Below are positions 25,403 through 38,895 of a stretch of DNA of 64,000 nucleotides, piece by piece (position 1 is the stretch's first letter; each line of letters begins with the position of its first letter). The position numbers were made by a program, and so were the translations under genes. The DNA is from Octopus sinensis (lineage: Eukaryota), in the NCBI RefSeq assembly GCF_006345805.1, contig NC_043000.1:104532001-104596000 (forward strand). Direction: 5' to 3'. The notes beneath the pieces were generated by a model, which saw only the letters and a list, made by a program, of their open reading frames with translations, had not been told where the DNA came from and did not search any database.

Positions 25403-26982
25403 CTCTTTTTTTTTTTTTTTTGTAACAGGTTATGTAGAATGTTTCCTGGTCATTGCTGAGTTACATATGTCCAGCAGTTCTGGAGTCGTACGGCAAATAT
25501 TCAAGTATTAAATAGTTTTGTTCTTGGGCAAGCTCACTCCCCATCTGTAAGATGTTGCTCTCGTCACTTTTGAGTACTTAGTGGAAGTATATATTTTGCT
25601 GATATCGTTTAGCAGATTAAAGCAAAGTGATATCATACGTCTTTCAGAGCCTGTCTAAAATTTTCTTGAGTATTTAAACCACTTCCCATCTGAGATGGAG
25701 CCTTTAATATCATTATTTTTGTTGAAGCTTTCAGTTGATATATAGAATCGTGTAGGTTTTGCTATTAAAGGGATTGGATTACTCTATAGTCTAGTCAAGT
25801 ATCTTAATGTTAATAAGGGTAGTGGTATTAAAAATACATCGTGAGATATTGTTGCAAGATGAGAGCTCCGACTAATATGTGTTTTTTTGAACCCCAATGT
25901 ATTATCTGCAGTTGTTCTTTGTTCACACCAACAGTATATTTTCCAGAATTCTCTGGTAGCACACATTGTGTTAAAGGGGAGCGAGAGAGAGAGAGAAAGA
26001 AAACAGAGTAACAGAAAGAGGTACATAGACAGAGCATGAGATAGGGTGAGTGAGAGAGAAAGAGAGAAGGGAGATGGAGAGAGGGGAGAAAAGTAAGAAA
26101 TTTCTTATGATCAGCTATCTTGTATTAAAATCTTTCTTGGTTAAATTCCAGCCTTATATCATTTGAAAATGCTATTAAATCCAACTGTTTCACACCATAA
26201 TTGAGATAGTAAATTCAGAATTTCAGATCGCAAAAAAAAAAAAGAAAAGAAAAATAGACATAGAGTAATCAGGTGTTTCATGTATCGTTGACCTGGCCTT
26301 ATACGGAAGAAATGAGAATAGGTTTGATATCAAAATAGTCATAAGCACAAACAGTGAATCATTGGAATATTAATTTCACACGAGTCGTAGCGCCAGAAAC
26401 AATAGTCGCGCGTTCATTTACAAGGAGACAGATGGTTGCTATGTCTTTGGAAGTATTTCAATGTCAGCAACCGAGTTAGAAAGTACTCTTACCAAATACA
26501 ATAACTCAAGAAATCAATGTGTGAGAACTAGTTAGGCACCTTCAGATTTAGATGCTATGCTGTCAATGTTTTTTTGCATTAAAAAAAAAAATTCAGACAA
26601 CACGTATTTATTAGTAAAAAGTTGTTCGACAGATTCTCACACAACCTTTTGCCATCTGTCAACTCATCAGTTATTGTCTCTGCTTAGATGGTCTCAATGG
26701 TTTCAGAGGAATCGGTTTAAATACCTTATCTAAAGCTTGGTATATAATGTTTAAGTAACCAAGTAGGCATCTATTTAAGTGGAGATAACATATTTAATGC
26801 AGTCAACCAAATAAATGCTTAATGAATCGAAATTACTCTCGCAACAGTGAAAAGGAAAAAAAATCAGCTTAACTGATTAATTCTAATGAAGAATAAAAAA
26901 GAAAACTCCGAAACGTGTGTGTGTCTGTGTGCGCGCGCGTGTATGTATGTATATAAATATGTTTGTATGTATGTACGTATAT

Positions 26983-27057
<75 letters not shown>

Positions 27058-28419
27058 ATATATATTATATATATATATAAATACATACATACATATATAT
27101 ATGTGTGTGTGCGCGTGTATAATTTATGGGTGTATGTATGTATTTATGTATGTATATGCATAAGTGATGGGGAGGCATGAGGTGAGGGAGTCGATTGATC
27201 TTTAGCAACAAAATGTTTATACTACAAGCCAGTTTATTATATCTATTCAACCTTCTATTGTCATATTCCCCCTCTCTTTTCTCTCTATTTTCCTGTCTTC
27301 TCTCTCTATCTTTCTATCTCTTTCTTTATCTCTCTCTACCTATTTCTTGCAGATACGCCCCCACACATGCGGCGTGCTCACGTATATGAACATACGAGGG
27401 ACGCAGCAAAGTTCCTGCCTTCGGGAAAAAGATAATACAGGAGTATCAGTTAATTATGATTTTATTCAAGAAATTCCCCTCTCAGATTCACACATTTATG
27501 GCAGCGGTCCTTCAGCTTTTCTAAGCCCTGTAAAAGAACTCCGAAGGTTTGATCTCCAGCCAGGCCTTTCTCGACACCCTCAATGCCAGGAACTTTTCAG
27601 CATCCCTCGTACTGAGTCATATACATACAAACACATCCACATTTATTCCTCTACGTATGTATTGTTATTATCAGAAAAAACTTAGTGCTGAAGACTAGAT
27701 CTTCAAATTTTCTTGTGCTACATCTAAAGCAAATAAATTTTCTGAGTTTCCCTACTCGCTTCTCATGCAGAACTTGGGAGTCTTGTAAAAAAAAAAAAAA
27801 AAAAAAAAAAAGAAGCAAAGAAAGGCGTTTTTCATTTTCTTCTGCCAGAATACGAAGGAAACTTTGCAAATGTGATATGTCAAACCATCTGATGATCGAT
27901 ATAGATAGACTAAAATATAATCAATCGGAAAAACTCTGTTAGCTCTTGGTCGTATGACATGTCGTCTGCTCTCTTTCTCACTTTTTCCCCTCACTATCCC
28001 TTTCACTCTTTCTATTGTTCACGTGATATAGCATCATCATCGTCTCTTCTTCTTCTTCTTCTTCTTCTTCTTCTTCTTCTTCTTCTTCTTCTTCTTCTCA
28101 TGTTGTACATTGTGTCGTCGCTTCAGTGTATCAATCTTTGTATTTATCAATGTCTCTGTTCTCCCCCCTCTCTCTCTCTTCGTTTCTTCTTCCTTCTTCC
28201 ATATTCCCCCCCTCTCTCTCTTCTTCGTTTCTTCTTCCAATGTTCCATTGGTACCGCCATCTCTTCGTTTTTGTTACTTGTTCTCTTCACTCCGTCCAAC
28301 CGGCTGTACCTCTTCCCCTCACTATCTCTTACATCTAACCCCTCCTCTTTTCGATTCCTGAACACACACACACACACACACACCACACACACACACAGGT
28401 ACCTACCTACCTACCTACA

Positions 28420-28473
<54 letters not shown>

Positions 28474-28475
28474 AT

Positions 28476-28521
<46 letters not shown>

Positions 28522-28998
28522 TCATTCATTCATTCATACATACGCTGATGTCCAAGTGCACGACTGCACGCACACACATACATTTTTATATTTCGCAAAT
28601 GTTATAAAAGACATGAAATTAGTGTGTTACTTAAGTGCATATTAAGTGATAGTATGTACTTAGAAATATGTGTGACAATTGTATTAAATTTATACAGCAA
28701 CTTCAAAACCAAACGGCTTAAAACTATTCTCTATATTTTAATTCTATACGAATCGAGGTATCTTGCTTCGCCGACGGCTTTACTTCTCCAGCGATTCAAG
28801 ATATCTCCATCTATATGAAATACAAACCAAGAGAAAAGTACGTAAATTACTTGGTTAAACAACTGTGTATATTCATGAAAATTGTCTGATATGCTTTATG
28901 TGTGAGTACATATTTCACTTGAAATGCACTTTAATGACGCACTGTGTTTTATACGCGCGCGTGTGTATGTATGCATGTCTCTATCTATGTCTTTATAT

Positions 28999-29335
28999 TT
29001 ACCTACCTACCTACCTACCTACCTACCTACCTACCTACCTACCTGCCTACCTACCAACCTACCAATCTACATGCCTATCTGCCTACGTACCTACCTACCT
29101 ACCTACCTACCTACCGACCTACCTACATGCCTACCTACCAACCTACCAACCTACCAACCTACCTGCCTGCCTACCTACCTACCTACCTACCTACCTACCT
29201 ACCTACCTACCTACCTACCTACCTACCGACCTACCTACCTGCCTACCTACCTGCCTACCTACCTACCTACCTACCTACCTACCTACCTACCTACCTACCA
29301 ATCTACCTACCTACCTGCCTACCTACCTACCTACA

Positions 29336-29417
<82 letters not shown>

Positions 29418-29419
29418 AT

Positions 29420-29455
<36 letters not shown>
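28999..29455. repeat. (ACCT)n-(ATCT)n-(AC)n compound microsatellite
   Basis: Directly visible; a shorter version with the same junctions lies at 28400-28520. Confidence 0.95.
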
Positions 29456-29458
<3 letters not shown>

Positions 29459-29464
29459 TAAGCT

Positions 29465-29632
29465 TAGACGTGCATGGCTGTGAGAGTAAGAGGTTCGCTT
29501 CATAACCTTGTTCTTTCGAGTTCAGTCCTGCTATGTGATACATTGAGCATGTGTCTTCTATTATAACCCTGGGCCAATCAATGCCTTGTAAGTGAATTGA
29601 GTAGAGGGGAACAGTACGTAAGACCGTCGTAC
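29465..29632 (+). mobile_element. Family B SINE head fragment
   Basis: catggctgtgagagtaagaggttcgcttc...gagttcagtcctgct...gtgtcttctattataaccctgggccaatcaatgccttgtaagtgaatt. Confidence 0.65.
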
Positions 29633-30180
29633 ACCCCCCCACACACACACATACACACACACACACACACCACACACGTACGCATACATTAAAAGATTGA
29701 GATGCGAAGTATACCTTTTAGCAAATTTCGTTTGTATGATCAGGATCTTACCTTAGTGATACCCTGCAAAGAGACTCTCTTGTAGTTGTTGCAGTCATCT
29801 CTGTCCTCTTCCCCCATATACAGGATAACAATGGTGAGGTCTCTCATATCCTGTGACTTTGTTTCACCCTTCCAGTAATTTGTGCATATGGGCTTACAAG
29901 ATGTACTTTGCACACCTGACGCACCCTAGTAGAATACCATCCAATCCTAGAAGGCTCTTAGTGGCGATGTAGCAGTAGGCAATATGTCTTATTTCTTCAT
30001 AATAGGTAGACTAGTACTCCACAGCATCTAGCACAATGTTCAAGATATTGATTTCTGCGCAATAGAGATCAGAGCATTACTTTGCCCATTGTTCATCTGC
30101 TTACCTTTGGGCTGTTGGCTTTCTTGATTCTTTTTTACGCTCCACGTGTGTATATATACATACATACATAATACATACAT

Positions 30181-30229
<49 letters not shown>

Positions 30230-30444
30230 TACATACATACCTACGTACATACATACATATATACATACATACATACATATATACATACACACACACACAT
30301 ATACTTAAATACGTATGCACATGCACACATTATATTTACATAGTGTTAGCAAAGCTAACTTTTTGGTTAGTTGTACCCACCACTGTATGTATGTATGTGT
30401 ATATATATATATATATTATATATATATATATATATATATGCTTT

Positions 30445-30965
30445 AGCATTCGATCCTCAGAAGAGGAGAGGTTGGTAAAAAGTCAAACACGCTATCTACA
30501 ATTCGCTTTTCATCCTTATCCTCACATGTGGTCATGAATATTTGGCAATGATCGAAAGCGTACGATCACGAATACAAGTGATCGAAATGGGGTCCTCCGA
30601 AGGACCTCTGGAGTAACGTTATTAGACAGGGTGCGTCGCTTGGAGACTAGGGAGTCTCTCCAGGTCCAATCACTACTTTTATGCATTGAATGGTTACGGA
30701 TCCGGTACAACAAACAAGTGATTAGAATGTCACAGGAGCGTGTCGTAAGATCACTTCTTCAAACCGAGCTAAATGGCAGGAGACTTAGGGGTAGACTAAG
30801 AACGAAGTGGTTGGATGACGTCATGGATGTTATCAATTGGTCACGTTGGGGAATCCATCCGGAAACTCAAATGACAGTTGCTTCTGATAGGACCCTATGG
30901 ATGAGGTGCCTGAGGATTCTATCTCCATGACCCACCCAGGAATGGTGGTCGGAGATAGATGAACA
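30445..30965 (+). mobile_element. RTE-clade LINE, 3' fragment, disrupted
   Basis: RIQVIEMGxLRRTSGVTLLDRVRRLETRESLQVQSLLLCIE...VIRMSQERVVRSLLQTELNGRRLRGRLRTKWLDDV is the typical post-RT C-terminus of RTE elements. Confidence 0.85.
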
Positions 30966-31237
30966 GCTTTCCAAAATACTTTCTGTAGGATTATCAATGT
31001 ACACATGTACACACACACATACACACGCATCCAGCTTTACTCCGTTGATAGGGTACAAAGTAGACATCGTTTAAATTTAGCATTCAATACAGCATATAAA
31101 TGTTTAATATTTTATATTTTAGAGACACAATGTAACCATTTCAATCCATAGTAGTCTTGTGAAATATACCAACCCAGATAAGGTCCAGTTTGCCCTCGGA
31201 TGATCTCTAAAATAACGTGTGATGTGTGTGTGTGTGT

Positions 31238-31278
<41 letters not shown>

Positions 31279-33419
31279 ACGTGTGTACGCGTGTTTGCGC
31301 TTTTGCATGCGTCTATGGTATCTGTAACGTTTTGTGAGACAATGTATCTGCACTGAAGAACATCATCTCCAGGACACAGAAATGGGCAATTTTTGTTTTG
31401 TAAGTATTAGGATATATATGACCGACTAAAACGCTTGAAGGCAGTATCCCAGCGTGGCCGCAATCAAATGATTGAAAGGTGGAAAAGAGTAAATAAAAAC
31501 GTATACATACACATACAGCATATGTATGCATATGCAGACTTTCAGACATAAGCGAGCAATACGCATCATCAGAGATAAATGCAGGAGAACAGCAACGGTC
31601 ATGTTTCATTAGAGTCCAACTTGCCTGGTTCCGCTGTCATCACCGAAAAAAACCTTTGTAAGCATACAAACCAAGGGAAAGGAAGCTTTGTGGGATGATA
31701 GATTTGCTACAGATGCCAGTTAAATCTCGCAAATTCACACGAAACTTTTTTAAAATTAAGGCAATAACGGATAACACTCTTCAATAAACTATAACGTGTA
31801 AAAAAAAAGGGAGCGTGTCACGACTGGAACGCTTTTGATAATAGATCTGATCTATTATGACTGATTCAGTGTTAACAATCATGAGTCAACAGGAAGCCTT
31901 TTATGCAGTCGCATGACCTGCAATAAATAGTTGTCACATTTGTTCAAAAACTACTTCTTACCATCTTATAAAGAGAACATTGGATAATGTGAGGCAATCT
32001 ATTTCGTAAAAAAAAAAATGCTTGAATGGTTATGGCTTGAATGTCTTTGATAATAGGTTCACTCGATCAAAGCTGACATGGGATTATGCCACACGAGCAA
32101 CAACAATCATACAGGAACATGTTTGGTAGTGAAGAAGGTGCAACATAATCAGGCTACTTCACAGTAACTCATATGGTAAACTATTGTATGCTGGAATGCA
32201 TAACACGGGCTCCTAAATATGGAAAACGTTGGATAAATGGATCACAGCTAGTTGTTTGACTGACTGCATACATGCCATAAACGTAAAAGTTGATTTGTTG
32301 CCAAACAACGACATACTTAAGTAGCAACTTAAAAGCATTACAAATGGTCTATCTTCCTTGTTGTTTTAGATTTTAAACACATTTAAAGGGAAGTTTGGGC
32401 TATACATTACTTGGATAATCTCATATGATGGAAAATTTTGAACTCAATATATTATATATGGGAGACGCATTTGTATTTAATATAAACACACGCTATATAT
32501 TACATTTAAAATATGGTCTTAAAAATTTAACATGTTCGAATTTACAGGCACGTATTAAGAGTAAATATGTAGGTCATTGTTTCGAATCCTACTGTTCACC
32601 GTGCATATGACAATTTATTATCCGTTGATAGATGTCGACATGGATCAGCGAACAAACTGTTCATTGAGATTATAAGCTTGAACAACGGCTTTTGTTCGAT
32701 TTAGTGGCCTGAAGGTGCTTCAGTTTGAAAAGACACATGTTGAAGTACCGGTGTCTCAGAATACCTTGTACTTATGAATCGGGCATGTTATGAATACATA
32801 TTCATCGTAAAAGAGAAGCTGTACTCCGAGGACGAACACAACAGCGGTTAGCATCTTCACATTCGTATCTACTGGAACGTATTAAGAATAAATACGTTAA
32901 CATTTTATTTTTCAAGTAAAGATAGTTTTATATGGCTCCTTTTCAGTTCGAACACAGCGAATGATAACGGCTCATAAATCCAATTGCTCTTGATGACGGC
33001 TGGAGACTAAACAGTTTGAAATGTGGTGATTTACAAAAAAAAAAAAAAAACAGAAATCACATCATCATCATCATCATCATCATCATCAACAACAACAACG
33101 ATATACACAAAAACAAATGAGCAAAACAGGAAACTCTCAGAAAGTACGAAGCTATTAGTGAGGAAGATGTTTTAAGTTTGTTCCTCCAAGTAGTTTAATT
33201 GTAATTCCATCACAGAAATTTAGAAAGGAAAATATAGAAAACTGACAAGAAGAGCAAAGGAAAAGAAATGTTGAAATGTATTTCAAGTGAATAATAATAC
33301 TTACTGTTGTAGTCTGGTTATCATGTTTATGGCTGTTCCTTAACTTCACCATTATGATATTGTCTGCAAGACAATAGAACAAATCGATATAAATTATACT
33401 GCAATAAATTCTGTATATG

Positions 33420-33454
<35 letters not shown>

Positions 33455-33750
33455 GCGCGCGCCCATTAACGCGCATGTATGTGTTTGTGTATGTGCGTAT
33501 ATGTGTATGTGTGTTTGTGTGTGTGAATGTGTGGTTTTATAAGTTACTCCGGCCAGGAGAGGTCATCATCATGACCATTGTCGGCTTTTCTATCCAGCTT
33601 GTACATTGGTAGGTGAAATCATAAGTCCAGTTTGGATGTTTGCTATAGAGTAGCCTCCATTAAAGGCACTCAAGGATCAGATTTTGATATTAAAGCCAGT
33701 CGCTTGTTGGGTCTAAAACTGTCTGCGTGTGTTTCTGTGTGTATGTGTAT

Positions 33751-33794
<44 letters not shown>

Positions 33795-34055
33795 AGTGTG
33801 TGTGTGTGTGTGTGTACAGGCGCGCATGCATGTTTGTTTTTGAATGTGTGTCTTTGTGTATCGGTGTTCTAAAAGAGTTTGTGTTGGTTTTAGTGACGAG
33901 TAATTTCAGTTGTTCGATCGAGCAAATAGTTAAAAAAAAAAAAAAACCCGCAGCGCAATCATGAGGTATCAAATTCGATCCCGTTCAGGAAAATTTGAAG
34001 AACAGAACTGTAAAATTGCTACAATGAATATTCAGATTAAAATGAGCAACAACAC

Positions 34056-34102
<47 letters not shown>

Positions 34103-34147
34103 TAATAATAATAATGATAATAATAATTAAAAAAAAAAATAATAATA

Positions 34148-34750
34148 ATTTCTTTATTAACCTCAAAGGTTTATATTAAGAAAAACACAGGACAAAACAA
34201 AGAATGTGTGTGAGTGTGTGTTGATTTTTGGGTTTTGTGTGTAATATCAGAATTTTGATAAATCAAAAATGTGTGATCCTCAATAGGGAGGAGACGTTCG
34301 AGGGCTGTTCTTGAAAAAAACCCATAAAAAAAAACCATGGGTACTCTGACTTTTGGGGTAAGTGCTTTTTTTTCTTCCCTTCAGGCCCGTTCACCAGCAC
34401 CATTCAGCAAACCGGCTAGAAGACGACACTTCCCTCTCTACTCTTACTTTCCTTTTCAAGTGAAACTTGAAGAAGTTGACCAGGGATTGACCAAAGAGAA
34501 AAGTGTTTGTCTTTAGCCCCTTCAATCTAGTCCACCATACGATCTCTTTCGCCATGGCCACTAGGCATATAAAAACAACCTTTCCTTCCCGGTTAAAGGA
34601 AAGTGTCGGGGCGATCTTCGCGATGATTCAGTTGACAGCCGGATTCGTCCCACACGCGATAACAGGTATTCGACATAAACCTACAAGTCAGCAATGCGCG
34701 GGCACTGGATGAGTGCATGCAAGACCGTCTCGTCATTCTGCAGAACGCTT
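34148..34750 (-). mobile_element. Tx1/L1-like non-LTR retrotransposon 3' end running into (ATT)n
   Basis: Minus-strand translation LQNDETVLHALIQCPRIADL*VYVE (zinc-knuckle half) and FICLVAMAKEIVWWTRLKGLKTNTFLFGQSLVNFFKFHLKRKVRVERE, then a 3' UTR with AATAAA next to the repeat. Confidence 0.75.
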
Positions 34751-35334
34751 CCTAAATACTGTAATTCGAGAACCATTATCCAACAGGTTCTATTGCTGCA
34801 GACGCGAGGCCAGGACTTTACTCTGTTGCTTAGCATGGGTTAGATCACGAACTAGATTATTGAGTTCAAGTTGGTTGATGAGGTGTGTCAGATTTTCCAT
34901 GGATTTGGACCTATATAACTATAAAAATCTGTTCATAACTTATAGAGTTGTCAGTTTCGACCCAATCCTGTTTGCACTCAATTCCCACAGAACCATCAGT
35001 TTATTTAACGTAAGAGGGTAATCAACGAGAAAATGAAGAGTCACAGAAAGAAATGGATGTTACATCCATGATCTACACACAAAATACCCACAGAAAAGAT
35101 TATTGTCATTTCCGTTTTCTTTTCATTGTTATACGGTGTAATTAGTGCGTTTAGAAACAATAGGCAAAGATATAAACGAATGGCTGAAGGAGATTGAAAT
35201 ACAATGCCCGGTAGAGCTCCTACAGAAAGTTTGCTGAACACTTGTGGATACCTAAGGTTACAGGTAGTAACCCGCTACCCACATAAATCCTACCAAGAAT
35301 AAGACCAAACCTGAGCCAACCAAATAATAATAAA

Positions 35335-35548
35335 CTTTGTAATATAGGCAGAAGGGTTGAAAGTTTGAGGTAGGGGACTAATTGATTACATCGATTCCAG
35401 TACTCAGATGGTACTTATTTCAGCAACCCCGAAAGGATGAAAAGGCGAAGTCGACTTCAGTGGAATTTGGATTAAGAATATAACGCGGAAGAAATGCCGC
35501 GCAGCATTCTGTTCAGTGTGCTAACGATTCTGCCAACTCGCCGTCTTA
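35335..35548 (-). mobile_element. Family A SINE, diverged
   Basis: cccgaaaggatgaaaaggcgaagtcgac...gtgctaacgattctgccaactcgccgtctt. Confidence 0.8.
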
Positions 35549-36774
35549 ACAACAACAACGACGACGACGACGACGACGATAAGAACAATAAATATATAAA
35601 TGATTGTATATGATTGAATTTTATCTATGCGATTATGGTGGCAGTGGCGTTAAGGAGTAAATGACATTAAGTGAAGGTCAACCATATTCATAATACGAAA
35701 AGAGCAAAAGAGAAAGAAAGAAAAGACACCAAAACGTGAAAGGGAAGGAAAGTAAAAGAGTAAAAATGAGAGAAAGGAAGGGGAGGTATAGTGTTAAGTC
35801 TTAACTTTCTCAACATATTATAGTGTTCAGTTGGTTCAGAGTAAAAACATACAGACGACATTTTGTAATGCACGTCATACTACACAATAGGATGAAAAGA
35901 GGAAAGAAGAAGGAGAGGAAAAACAGAAACAACAAAAAGTAAAAATCATACAAAAAAAGAAAATGAGTTCATAAATGATAGAAAGAGATTAAATCAGAAA
36001 AAGAGAAAGGAAAGGAAGTAAAGAGATGTGGAAAGGTAAGAAAGAGAATGAAAATAATGTAAGTAGTTCAAGAAAAATAAAATAGAAAATATCATTAAAA
36101 TTTAACTTTCTGAAAATCTTATGGTGGTTTCGGTTGATTGATAATAACGGAATTTAAAATCGTGCACTGTGCAAACAAGTACAAAGTAATGCCGATCTTG
36201 TATTCAAGCAATTTTTGGATCGGAATGTTAATACTTTTCTACTAAACGAAGGTGACAACTAAATACATTTCTGCTCTCCCTTATTTCAATTTTGCTTGAT
36301 TTTACTGAGACTCATAGACATTGAAAAAAAAAAATTCTTTTAAAGTGCCATAATTTTGCAAAAATCTTGCCAGTTATTTCCACCCTGTTAATGTCAGTCG
36401 TCAGTATAATAATAATAATTCTACTGTCACACGTATTTATAATTGTATGATCTCTACTAATTGCCATTCAGAAGGGTCTCTCTCATCAGTTCTTTAGCAT
36501 ATTGGCTCAAGATAAAGCTGAAAGAATGCTTCTAAACAAAAATTTTATGTTAGAGCAACAATGAAATAATTCAAGGAAAGATTACTGGCTTAGACGCTCG
36601 CCTTTCTAGATATATTTGGAGACTAAGACAAACGGTTGATAATACTTTTAAATCATTTTATTCCATTCTTCTTGCTCCTAAATCAATTACAAGCGTGATA
36701 ATAACGAAAATAAACACGCACGAAATCAATTATATATTATTATACCCTTGTTTATTTGTATTATTATCAATTCA

Positions 36775-36892
36775 CCTAAGCCAGTGAGCTAGTAGAATCG
36801 TTAACTCGCCGGACAAAATGCTTAGCGGCATTTCTTCCGGCTCTTTAGGTTCCGAGTTTAAATTCCGCCAAGGTTGTCTTTGCCTTTCATCC
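36775..36892 (+). mobile_element. 3'-truncated family A SINE
   Basis: gagctagtagaatcgttaactcgccggacaaaatgcttagcggcatttc...tttgcctttcatcc. Confidence 0.75.
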
Positions 36893-36911
36893 CTATATAT
36901 ATATATATAAA

Positions 36912-37100
36912 GTTAATCCAAACAAGAAAGCACAAAAAAACCACAACAACGCGAGGACGTGGAACAAATATAGTATACAGGAAAGAAGGAAAGAAGGAGG
37001 GTTTAACGTTTCGAGCGGAGCTCTTCGTCGGAAACATAGGAGAAGGAAAGATCCAGAGAAGGGAAGACAGAGGGAAAAAAAATCGCCAACGGTACACACT
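36912..37100 (-). mobile_element. Family D PLE-type repeat (copy 2)
   Basis: Homologous to 17202-17415. Minus strand gtttCCGACGAAGAGCTCCGCTCGAAACGTTaaac. Confidence 0.7.
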
Positions 37101-37164
37101 TGAAAATATGTGGAAAACATATATAAAAAGTGGAAGAGAAATTCGTTTCACATAGTTTAATATC

Positions 37165-37675
37165 TTTTTATAAAGAAATTTTTTAAAAAATTTACATATT
37201 TTATGGATGTCGTGATATTCAACCGGTTTTCGCTATTTAAATCAGCTTTTCAAGGGACATTGTGAAATAATCAATTCTTGTGACAAAGGGATCTTGCCAT
37301 TTTGCATGCTTGAAGAATAAGAATGAGTCTAGAGAGTGGACCAAGAGAGGTAACAGGTGACAAGGGGGGTAACTAACTCCTCAGTATGATCTTTGAAGTG
37401 GTCAAGTTTGTATATTAAGGTGGTCTGTACTTTTGTATGAACAGGTTTTCTTTGTTTAGGCTTCCTTGTAAGGAGACTGTATCGTTGCATGGTATAATGG
37501 AAAGATATGGAAATTCGGGTTTTATTTCTTCCGCATTTATTGATATGTTCGCTCAGGGCTATCTTCCTGTATTTAGGAAAACGAATCTGTTATTTATGCA
37601 GCGTGACTCTGCGTCTCAAAGTAAGGCTCGTTTGGCTCATATAATTGTGGCCACAACCTGAGCAGTTTAGGACAT
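37165..37675 (-). mobile_element. Penelope-like element 3' fragment: decayed GIY-YIG endonuclease plus 3' terminal repeat
   Basis: Minus strand VLNCSGCGHNYMSQTSLTLRRRVTLHK*QIRFPKYRKIALSEHINKC, then after frameshifts NKENLFIQKYRP. This fits the PLE pattern CxxC-YIGxT-R-H-H-E. Confidence 0.8.
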
Positions 37676-37939
37676 TAAACTATGTGAAAAGAAGGCATTT
37701 CTCTTCCACTTTTTCTACGTTTTCCACATATTTTCAACTCTAGCCACGTGGTGTATACTGGATCTCCAGTATTTTTGCTCCTTTTATATATTTTTATATT
37801 TAAATATATGTGTGTATGTGTGGGTGGGTGGGTGTCTGTGCGTATGTATGTATGTATGTATGTATGTATGTATGTATGTATGTATGTATGTATGTACATT
37901 CTTATAGTTACATATATTTACATATATGTATTCTTTTAT

Positions 37940-38700
37940 TATTTTACTTGTTTCAGTCATTTGATTGTGGCCATGCTGGAGCACCGCCTTTAGTCAAGCA
38001 AATCGACCCAGGACTTATTCTTTGTAAGCGTAGTACTTATTCTATCGGTCTCTTTTGCTGAACCGTTAAGTTACGGAGACGTAAACACACCAGTATCGGT
38101 TGTCAAGCGATGTTGTGGGGGACAAACACAGACACACACACACACACACTCTCTCTCTCTCTCACACACACACACCCAGACACACACACACATATACATG
38201 GGTAAGTCAAAAATTAATGCCATGTTGTTTAGGAGAGGTATAATTAGCAACACAGGAACATGTATCATACATCAAAATGAAGCTGGTCCTCTGTGGATCA
38301 CATCCCTACTCCTCAACATAGTCACCGTTTCTCTCAATAACAATGTTTCACCTCCGAATGAGAGCATGTATCTCTGCTGGAATAATTTAGCGCTTTCAGA
38401 CTATGATCTCTTCGGCTCCATGAGAGAGGGTTTGAGAGGCAAACATTATTCCAGTGACGAGGAAGTGAAAACAGTAGTGAAGAAGTGACTCAAAGAACAG
38501 TCAACAGAATTTTACGGGGCAGGGATACATGCTCTCATTCGAAGGTGGAAAAATTGCTATTGAGAAAAACGGTGACTATGTTGAGAAGTAGGGATGTGAT
38601 CCACAGAAGACCAGCTCCATTTTGATGTATGATACATATTTCTGTGTCGGCAATTATACCTGTCCTAAACAAAATGGCATTAGTTTTTTTACTCACCCTC

Positions 38701-38734
<34 letters not shown>

Positions 38735-38895
38735 GACGTCACCCTCGTATATATATACGACGGGCTTCTTTCAGTTTCCGTCTACCAAATCCACTCACAA
38801 AGTTTTGGTTGGCCCGAGGCTATAGTAGAAGACCCTTAACCAAGGTACCATGCAGTGGGACTGAACACGGAACTATGTGGTTGGTAAGTAAGCTA
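37940..38895 (-). mobile_element. Family B SINE split by a mariner insertion (tail 37940-38195, head ~38750-38895)
   Basis: Tail ttttacttgtttcagtcatttgattgtggccatgctggagcacc and head tagtagaagacccttaaccaaggtaccatgcagtgggactgaac; the order matches the uninterrupted copy at 16822-17160. Confidence 0.85.
38197..38701 (+). mobile_element. Internally deleted mariner element (505 bp) with TIRs and TA flanks
   Basis: TIRs catgggtaagtcaaaaattaatgccat / atggcattagtttttttactcaccctcg. Remnant transposase C-terminus LALSDYDLFGSMREGLRGKHYSSDEEVKTVVKK*LKEQSTEFYGAGIHALIRRW...EKNGDYVEK*. Confidence 0.9.
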
